Shown here one piece after another: positions 1 to 6,960 of a stretch of 64,000 nucleotides of DNA (the stretch's first letter is position 1; every line of letters begins with the position of its first letter). This stretch comes from a virus. The position numbers and the translations under genes were made by a program. The DNA is taken from positions 1 through 64,000 of IMG/VR virus record IMGVR_UViG_3300045825_000202; one strand, written 5' to 3'. The notes under the pieces are model-generated. The model saw only the letters and a list, made by a program, of their open reading frames with translations. It did no database searches and had not been told where the DNA came from.

Positions 1-42
1 ATTGGTTTATGTGTTTGACGAGTTTGCGCGACTGGAGTAACT

Positions 43-276
43 ATGAGTACAATTGAAGCATTAGAATTAGCAGTAGATACACTAAAAAGTAACTATAGTG
101 AAGAATACGCAGAAGTACTGAACACTTTAAATGACACAATCGAGTTTGAGAAGTGTAAGCTAGCTAAACTTCCAGTAGAGGGCTCTGTTAGGGCAACCCT
201 AGCAATTGACGCTATGATGAAAGAATATAATTATCCTTGTAATCCTGCTAACGCGGCTAGGTTGTATAATCAATGA
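43..276 (+). CDS. hypothetical protein
   Basis: 77-aa ORF with GGAG RBS; stop overlaps the next start. Confidence 0.6.
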   Translation: MSTIEALELAVDTLKSNYSEEYAEVLNTLNDTIEFEKCKLAKLPVEGSVRATLAIDAMMKEYNYPCNPANAARLYNQ

Positions 277-785
277 GTTACGGCATCTATAAAATTATGA
301 TTGGAGGCTTACCTTATGTAGGTAAGTCATCTAATATTGAGCAACGTTTCTTAAGGCACAAAAGTGCTTTTGAAGCAGGTACTCAAGCTGCTAAACTTCA
401 GGCGGCTTACGATAAGTATAAAGACGCTGAAATGTCTATACTAGAACATACTTATGTAGATAAAGACCTATTAGCTAGGAAAGAAGTTTTTTGGATTAAG
501 AAACTTAACTCTATTAATAATGGCTGGAATACTAGAGGTGATTCATCTGCGGACAAAGTATATACTTGGGAAGAGCAACAAATTCTAGCAGCTTTTATTA
601 TGATTCTAGATAAAGTACCTGATACTGATATTTGTGTAGAAACTGGACTAACCCCTAAGATGCTACAGACTATTAGGCAAGGTACTAACTATGGTTGGTT
701 AGCACTAGAATTCCCTAAAGAGTATAATCAGATGAGAGTATATACTAAACCTACGGGCTACTCAAAATATTATAAAAATTTCTGA
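273..785 (+). CDS. GIY-YIG homing endonuclease
   Basis: N-terminal GIYKI...YVGKS...R...H, E...I and N-GWN motifs of the GIY-YIG family. Confidence 0.85.
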   Translation: MSYGIYKIMIGGLPYVGKSSNIEQRFLRHKSAFEAGTQAAKLQAAYDKYKDAEMSILEHTYVDKDLLARKEVFWIKKLNSINNGWNTRGDSSADKVYTWEEQQILAAFIMILDKVPDTDICVETGLTPKMLQTIRQGTNYGWLALEFPKEYNQMRVYTKPTGYSKYYKNF

Positions 786-845
786 TGCTAAAGCAATTTT
801 AATCGCTAAAATCTAAAATATACTACAAGCATAAAAATAATGCAC

Positions 846-874
846 TTTACAAATATGTTTTCATAAGGTATAAT
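846..874 (+). promoter_or_regulatory. sigma70-type promoter
   Basis: TTTACA-17 bp-TATAAT with an A-rich UP element. Confidence 0.7.
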
Positions 875-1016
875 TGTATTAACAGATCTAAAAGATCATC
901 TGCATATCGATAGATATTTGTGAAACAGGCACATTTCCCCCGCTAGACTAGAGGGGCGGTGGAAATTTGTATTGTTTCTACAAATATCTATCTAGATACA
1001 TGCAGATTAATACAAT
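873..1016. repeat. long imperfect inverted repeat (rod-like hairpin)
   Basis: Arms ATCTGCAT..GATAGATATTTGT.GAAACA / TGTTTC.ACAAATATCTATC..ATGCAGAT, plus outer ATTGTATTAA/TTAATACAAT. Confidence 0.85.
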
Positions 1017-1297
1017 GAATAATTACGTAAAAAATTAAGAGATAAATTCTTGATTAAAAATGGGATTTCTACCGTTTAAGAAACTGAATCGACTTCCCCC
1101 ACTTTAAAAGGGTTTTCGATTGCTAAAAGTCTAATACAGGATGAACTATTAATATAACTTTCCCACTTACTAATATTCCCAGCTAAGGGATTCTTTAGCA
1201 TTACTAGAAACCACACCCATACTAGTAGCATTATACATTATAGCCCTGCATTCGCTATAACTTAGGGTCAAGAGATATATCTCAATAAAGGAATCAA

Positions 1298-2305
1298 ATG
1301 CCACGTTTCTCTCCCACTCGAAAAGTCTTTACTAGTGTAAGTAAGGATATCAAAGATATTCCATTTCAGGAAGTGTTTGAAATATACAAGGAAGCCCAAC
1401 AGCAGGTATTAGCAGATGCTGAAACCTATGCAGATGAAGTATATCAGACAAAGATTAAAAGACTAGAACAGAACTATAACGATAATAACCCGGAAGAAGG
1501 AGCCTATGAAGGTAACTTTGATGAAGTAGTAAGTAAGCCTAAAGTATCCGTACCTGCTGGTATGATAGAAAAAGCAACAACAGATGCTATCAATGCCGGT
1601 TTTCTAAAAAAGTACGGTATTGAGATACATTCAGATTGGATAATGCCACAAGTCGTAACACTACTAGGGTCGATGCCTACGTATAAGAATAGTAACGGAA
1701 AGTTATCTGGATTACAGTTTAAGCGTAATAACTTTACTAGTGATTGGCTTAAAGGCATCTTTACAATGACAATGATTAGTACTAAAGGTGGCTATCTAAA
1801 GTATATGTACAAATCCCCGGCAAAAGACTATGCCGCACTAACCCCTCTAGTATTATACTCTCAAAAGCTTGTTAAAGGTACATTATACAACGAGTGGGAT
1901 CCAGAGGAGATTGGTCATATTGTACATTCAGAACTTGCTGAGGCTATGTTATATGAAGTACCTGAACTTACTTTAGCTAATATTATTGCTAATCGTACTG
2001 AGGGGTTAACTATTAAATCTGGTGCTTCAAAAGGCGAGGTTAAGAACCCCCTAACCACTTCTAGGTTAACAGGATTATCAAATCCTGACTTTAGACAAAT
2101 ACCCTATCTAGTTCAAATAATGCTAACTCAAATATGGTTAGCGCATCCTGCTAATAGAACAAAGTATATGATCCTAGACCCTAGTAATTGGGATAATAAA
2201 GGGGGCATGCCTGTTCCAATCATTGCGGCAGATGTACTAAGAGGGCCTAATACGGGTACTGCCTCTTCTACATCTAGTAAGCTAGTTACAACAGGACTAT
2301 GGTAG
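1298..2305 (+). CDS. hypothetical protein (early region)
   Basis: 335-aa ORF with AAGGA RBS; no motif recognised. Confidence 0.8.
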   Translation: MPRFSPTRKVFTSVSKDIKDIPFQEVFEIYKEAQQQVLADAETYADEVYQTKIKRLEQNYNDNNPEEGAYEGNFDEVVSKPKVSVPAGMIEKATTDAINAGFLKKYGIEIHSDWIMPQVVTLLGSMPTYKNSNGKLSGLQFKRNNFTSDWLKGIFTMTMISTKGGYLKYMYKSPAKDYAALTPLVLYSQKLVKGTLYNEWDPEEIGHIVHSELAEAMLYEVPELTLANIIANRTEGLTIKSGASKGEVKNPLTTSRLTGLSNPDFRQIPYLVQIMLTQIWLAHPANRTKYMILDPSNWDNKGGMPVPIIAADVLRGPNTGTASSTSSKLVTTGLW

Positions 2306-2424
2306 TATAACTTAAACCTGACCCTAGGTTGCGCAAATAGATGCCTCGCTACTTAGGGTCATAATAAATTTACATAAACTTAGTGCCGAAGGCACCAATC
2401 TATACACCCTAGGGAATACCATTT

Positions 2425-2679
2425 GCTACACTTATGCGAAGCATAAACTCGCTACACCCTAGGGAATGCTATACTTATGCGAAGCATAAACTCGCTACAC
2501 CTTAGGGAATGCTACACTTATGCGAAGCATAAACTCGCTACACCCTAGGGAATGCTATACTTATGCGAAGCATAAACTCGCTACACCCTAGGGAATGCTA
2601 TACTTATGCGAAGCATAAACTCGCTACACCCTAGGGAATGCTATACTTATGCGAAGCATAAACTCGCTACACCCTAGGG
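2425..2679. repeat. six tandem 43-bp repeats
   Basis: Unit GCTAYACTTATGCGAAGCATAAACTCGCTACACCCTAGGGAAT; CTTATGC recurs at 2431, 2474, 2517, 2560, 2603 and 2646. Confidence 0.95.
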
Positions 2680-2723
2680 TCAGATTAACTTAAGTAATAA
2701 CCCAAATAATTCAAGTAAAAACA

Positions 2724-3071
2724 ATGAAATACTCACACGAGCTGACAACTAGGATTTTGCACTATTACGGCCCTGGGGGTCTTTCGGTGCCTGAAATCGC
2801 TAAGATCCTATCAGACGAATTAGGTGAAACAGTACCAGAACGGTCCCTAATTGCTAAACTTAGTACACTAGGGGTATACGTAAAGAAGCAATATCTTACT
2901 AAACGGGGAGAAATTCCAGTTCGAAAAGAAGAATATCTGCAGAAAATCGCAGATATCTTAGAAATTGACGTAGAAAGTCTAGAAAGCCTCTCAAAAGCTA
3001 ATAAAAACATCTTAATCCTTTTAGCTGGGTTAGTTAAGCCTATTACTAAAGAAATGCTAGAAGCCGAATAA
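2724..3071 (+). CDS. A2-like DNA-binding protein (paralogue of 7095-7472)
   Basis: Shares RS(L/I)IAKLS, YVK..Y.TK.G...V.KE and NK..L..L motifs with 7095-7472. Confidence 0.75.
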   Translation: MKYSHELTTRILHYYGPGGLSVPEIAKILSDELGETVPERSLIAKLSTLGVYVKKQYLTKRGEIPVRKEEYLQKIADILEIDVESLESLSKANKNILILLAGLVKPITKEMLEAE

Positions 3072-3107
3072 AAAAGCTGCTACAATTTGATTTGTAGCAG
3101 CTTTTTT
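3072..3107 (+). terminator. intrinsic terminator
   Basis: AAGCTGCTACAA/TTGTAGCAGCTT stem followed by a T run. Confidence 0.85.
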
Positions 3108-3665
3108 AGTTTCTGACCCTATGGCTTGGCAAACTTACCTTAATTATAGATACTAAATGCTGGAAGCATAAACTTGCTACAACTTAGGGTCAGGTAGATA
3201 GGCCCCCTGTTACGGACGATAGGGCTGGCGAGGTTCCTGAGTAAAAGTTTATTAGTATAGTTATCGATATTGCTAGCAATATCACTGCATTAAATAATTT
3301 TAGATAGATTGTGAAAACTAATTCCACGCAGCAGACTGTATGAGAAGGACAAGTCTGGCTGTAAATATCCTTCTAGAATTGGCTCGATAAATTTTTTCCG
3401 TTTATACTAGTATAATGCGAATTGGGTGCGTTAGCACAAACCTGCACAACTTAGGGTCAGAAACTAACTAAAAATATTATTGCTATGGTTATATGTTAGA
3501 ATATTTTAGTATAACATTTTTGTACTAGCACTACAATTGACCCTAAGTTACAGCGACTTGTCACACTAATGAGAATCCCTTCTAGATTGGTATAATTTTA
3601 GAAGTTTTAGAAGTTTTTAAGAAGTTTTTAAGAATCGCTACAACCTAGGGTCGAGAAATTTAGTA

Positions 3666-3694
3666 TTGACACTATGTTACTAAAGTAGTATAAT
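3666..3694 (+). promoter_or_regulatory. sigma70 promoter
   Basis: Perfect TTGACA-17-TATAAT. Confidence 0.85.
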
Positions 3695-3906
3695 TAACGC
3701 ATACACCAAAGTATATAGAACTGGACAGTCTCTCGATTTATCGTTTGCTCGCTTGGTCCGACCGTGGTAGGTGCTTTAATAGAGTCCTCCTCCTATGTAA
3801 TAGTGATTGTAGTCCTTCGCCTGTACTCTATTTTAGTGAGTCAGGCTAAACGTATTTGTAGTAGAGGATTAGGGTCGCTAAAACCTAGGGTCGGGAAAAT
3901 TTAGTG

Positions 3907-3935
3907 TTGACTTACGTTTGCAATTGCAGTATAAT
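3907..3935 (+). promoter_or_regulatory. sigma70 promoter
   Basis: TTGACT-17-TATAAT upstream of the GGAG RBS of the next ORF. Confidence 0.8.
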
Positions 3936-4256
3936 ATACATATGCACTTACAAATGGAGAAATATATGCATAAAAATTTAATAGACGCCGGAGTTAATTT
4001 CCCAGTATGGTGGAACGAAGCATTAGTACTAGAAGCAATTTCCACACTAGATACTTTAGACTTATATGAGTATTTTAATAAGCCAAACGCAACTAGCTTT
4101 ACTAGGTTTATGAAACCGTATTTTCCAAATCGTCCAAGTAATATGCCTTATAGCAGGTACGTGCGTAACCTATTAGCAAATGGTGATGCACTAACTCGCT
4201 CGTTTGGCGCTGCATGCTTATATTATACACCCAATAGGGGGCCTAGTCAAGACTAA
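3918..4256 (+). CDS. hypothetical protein (true start probably ATG at 3966)
   Basis: GGAGA RBS precedes MHKNLID; the promoter overlaps the annotated TTG start. Confidence 0.6.
   Translation: MQLQYNIHMHLQMEKYMHKNLIDAGVNFPVWWNEALVLEAISTLDTLDLYEYFNKPNATSFTRFMKPYFPNRPSNMPYSRYVRNLLANGDALTRSFGAACLYYTPNRGPSQD
4222..4250 (-). promoter_or_regulatory. sigma70 promoter, leftward
   Basis: Reverse complement reads TTGACT-17-TATAAT. Confidence 0.7.
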
Positions 4257-4357
4257 GTTTCTATAGGTCGCCCTGAGTAAACGCTATTCTGACCCTAGGG
4301 TGCACATATAGATGCTAAAGCATTAACTTGCGTAAATATAGCATAACAGCTAAAACT

Positions 4358-4390
4358 AAAGCCGCTTTGACTATAAATCAAAGCGGCTTT
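4358..4390. terminator. bidirectional intrinsic terminator
   Basis: 13-bp stem AAAGCCGCTTTGA/TCAAAGCGGCTTT. Confidence 0.85.
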
Positions 4391-4867
4391 CTTGCGGAAC
4401 AAACTTTATAGGCTTGCTAGAACTATTAAGAGCGACCTAATAGTTTTTGGTAGTTCACTCACGACTTTCGTAATGAGTATAGCTAGTGAAATCGAACTTC
4501 ACATTCCTGGTGAAAACCAGATACTTGTATTGTACTATAGCTGTATTTTAAAAGACTTCTTTGTCTACTAGTAATCCCTTAGTGAGGACGTTTCTACCTG
4601 TTTCGGGTCAGGAATTAGTACAATGCGCTAATTACGCCCATCAAGTTTAACGTCATTGAGAGAAGACGATAGTAGCTAATACAATTTAACCTATCAAGGG
4701 CACTACTAGACCAAATTTAACCACTGGGTCGCGTGGAATGAGATTAACGTCATCATTTTAGACGTCGAATAGCTAGATTTACTTTCCTTTTAAGCTATAC
4801 TTAACATAGCACTATACCCTTAAACTATCGGTATTGAGGTGGCCGATATCAGTAAAGCTGATATACT

Positions 4868-5005
4868 CCTTTACTATAAGATCAAAACTAGGCGGGTATG
4901 GGAAGACCCGTGCGATTCGGACTAGTCCGAGCAGTTTGCGACTGAGCAATATTACTATTACTCCTTATAGTTTCGGCCTTGTTTAGGTAAGGCCTCATCA
5001 GAAGG
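4868..5005 (-). ncRNA. type I hammerhead ribozyme (HH-B)
   Basis: Minus strand: CCUU-CUGAUGA-GGCCUU(ACCUAAAC)AAGGCC-GAAA-CUAUAAG...CUUAUAG-UA|AAGG; stems I, II and III all pair; predicted cut at 4872/4871. Confidence 0.88.
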
Positions 5006-5007
5006 TA

Positions 5008-5140
5008 ACCTTTACCCTAAGTTGCATAAGTTCGTTAAGTAGGAGAGTACTCAAGCAGAACCAGCTGATGACTATAGGGTTTCGACTATTATTTATGGAT
5101 GAACTAGTTCATCACTATGCGGCAAGTCTCATCAGAAGAT
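5008..5140 (-). ncRNA. type I hammerhead ribozyme (HH-A)
   Basis: Minus strand: AUCUU-CUGAUGA-GACU...AGUC-GAAA-CCCUA...UAGGG-UA|AAGGU; predicted cut at 5013/5012. Confidence 0.82.
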
Positions 5141-5452
5141 TCCGCAGTCACTAGTCACTAGTGACGAAGATGGCCAGTGCTGAGGTTTGTCACTGTTTAA
5201 GGAATTAATTCGCAGCCGGAACTCCTAGCACTGTAGACGTTAGCGCGTTAGCGCAATTCTCTACAACTTAGTGTCCGGTGATATTTAAGCGACCTCATAA
5301 CCACCAAATTAATTAGATTGAGCGCATCGTCAAAACGTTATTACTAAGAATCATCGGTATTGAATCTTATACGCACTTCAAAATACTAGACTAACCTATT
5401 GCCTCCGGGTTACTTAGTGCGTATTGCGGTCGAAGCTAGGGTCTGTCTATCA

Positions 5453-5770
5453 ATTATACACTTTATTAAGCAGAGAATCAAGACAATTTTTTCACTATCA
5501 TATCAGTCAAAACGTTTCTTATATCTCTATGTATCTATTATACACTACGAAGACCTAGCGACGCAAGTGTAAATTTTCATTACTTATTACATAAAATCTT
5601 TCGTATATGGTTATACTACTTTTCTTTTCTGATATATTATTATACGATATTTTAAGATAGAATTCAAGTATAAATTCTTGAATGTTACGAGTATTTATAC
5701 TTAGAAACTGAGTTGAACGGGTCTTTTGTTTTCATAAAATAATTATAACAAATTTCAAAATTTTATTCAA
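5453..5770 (-). promoter_or_regulatory. four tandem leftward sigma70 promoters
   Basis: TTGATT-17-TATAAT (5481-5453), TTGCGT-18-TATAAT (5566-5537), TTGAAT-17-TATAAT (5667-5639), TTGAAT-17-TATAAT (5770-5742). Confidence 0.85.
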
Positions 5771-5886
5771 GTGGTTATTTTCATACTCTCATTAGTACTA
5801 AGTCACGCGGCCCACTAATATGTTTCTAGAAAATTCTATTGACCACTGGCGCTCAAATTGCTAGCAATTTGATAGCATAGGTATAC

Positions 5887-6002
5887 TTAAGCGGTTGGTT
5901 ATATAAGCGGTGGATTATATAAGCGGTGGGTTATATAAGCGGTGGATTATATAAGCGGTGGGTTATATAAGCGGTGGGTTGTATAAGCGGTGGGTTATAT
6001 AA
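5887..6002. repeat. 16-bp tandem repeat TTATATAAGCGGTGGR (about 7 copies)
   Basis: Full units start at 5899, 5915, 5931, 5947, 5963 and 5979, with partial flanking units. Confidence 0.95.
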
Positions 6003-6229
6003 CTTTATAAGCATGTACTGATATTCCAACTTGGCATGCTTGATGCTAAGGCATAAAATGTGCCAAGCCCTAGGGTCGACAGTAAAGCAAGATTCATACC
6101 AAGTATTTATTTTTAGCAAAGTTGGCACATCGCACAAATCAGCGTATAATGAGGTTGTGAAAGGCCGAGCAAGGCCGCGCAAAATTTGGCGCTAACTTAT
6201 ATAAGCCTTTGCTTATATAAGTGATAAAA

Positions 6230-6272
6230 AATAAAACCCGCTGGACAAATAGCATCCAGCGGGTTTATTTTT
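6230..6272 (-). terminator. intrinsic terminator of the pre-early cluster
   Basis: AAACCCGCTGGA/TCCAGCGGGTTT stem with A/T tails. Confidence 0.8.
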
Positions 6273-6507
6273 ATTTCAACTCAGCATTAAAGGACAACCC
6301 GTCACATTCTGCCAAATCGCGCATACAGAAAAACGTATAATTTGGCAGGTTAGATGTAACCCATTGCTTACAGTATTCTTCCCAGTCTTTTTCAACCTTA
6401 TCACAATCTTTTTCAAATTGCGGCCAATTAGGAGGACCATTATATTTTTCGTCTTCTTCATTTGGATAAGGCAAGTAGTCGGGTACATCAATTTCAATAT
6501 AAATCAT
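6271..6507 (-). CDS. hypothetical pre-early protein
   Basis: 78-aa acidic ORF with AGGA RBS, ending at the terminator. Confidence 0.65.
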   Translation of the reverse strand: MIYIEIDVPDYLPYPNEEDEKYNGPPNWPQFEKDCDKVEKDWEEYCKQWVTSNLPNYTFFCMRDLAECDGLSFNAELK

Positions 6508-6639
6508 ATTATTCCTAAGTTATTTCAATCCGGTATATCTTATCCACGATCCCCGGATACTTTCGCCTAATGTCTCCCCGTGTATCGGCGAACATAATAC
6601 AAGGGGAGAATGCACCGAAGAAAGTAACTTCATAAAGTC

Positions 6640-6954
6640 TCACGATACCTGCAAAGATATTAGAACATCGTTAAGCCAGATTACAGGCAACGAAATAAAC
6701 TTACCGTCACAATAGTTACTATAGGCAATATATTTACCTAAAGTAGGTTTAAATTTTGCTTCGTCCGGTGACATAATTGCTGTCGCAATATCAACGGTAT
6801 TTGCCCCCGTGAATGGCGTAACGACTAGTACAGTTACTCCATTATACTTATTTTGCAGAAATTCTGCTTTATTATCTTCGATAAAGCTTTTAAGTTCAGC
6901 TTTTGCTTCGGATCTTGAAACACCATAAAGGGTTTTAAGTTTAGAATTTGACAT
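6640..6954 (-). CDS. hypothetical pre-early protein
   Basis: 104-aa ORF behind the duplicated leader; S..D.F....GK.IA motif. Confidence 0.75.
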   Translation of the reverse strand: MSNSKLKTLYGVSRSEAKAELKSFIEDNKAEFLQNKYNGVTVLVVTPFTGANTVDIATAIMSPDEAKFKPTLGKYIAYSNYCDGKFISLPVIWLNDVLISLQVS

Positions 6955-6960
6955 AATATA

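Larger units (their letters stand above)
4358..5446 (-). ncRNA. putative ~1.09-kb structured non-coding transcript containing ribozymes
   Basis: Four upstream promoters, a downstream terminator, no ORF of 60 aa or more in the track, dense hairpins and two hammerhead cores. Confidence 0.7.

Noticed and set aside
2425-2679. CRISPR array
   Set aside because: Units are contiguous near-identical 43-mers with no unique spacers, and no cas genes are present.
4681-4736. Pistol ribozyme (hairpin followed by UUAAAU)
   Set aside because: P1 and linker look similar, but the P2/P3 arrangement and GU cleavage junction could not be built; kept only as a pseudoknot unit.
4964-5021. Stand-alone type III hammerhead using GUA at 5015-5013 with the HH-B core
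   Set aside because: Stem III would contain a mismatch and a wobble, whereas the type I pairings are perfect; treated as an alternative fold only.
5065-5071. Plus-strand hammerhead core CTGATGA
   Set aside because: No stem II closed by GAAA follows on the plus strand.
6123-6137. Additional sigma54-like site TGGCACATCGCACAA
   Set aside because: Lacks GC at the -12 position.
5931-6182. 83-aa minus-strand ORF
   Set aside because: Runs through the 16-bp repeat and palindromic sites; no RBS; probably spurious.
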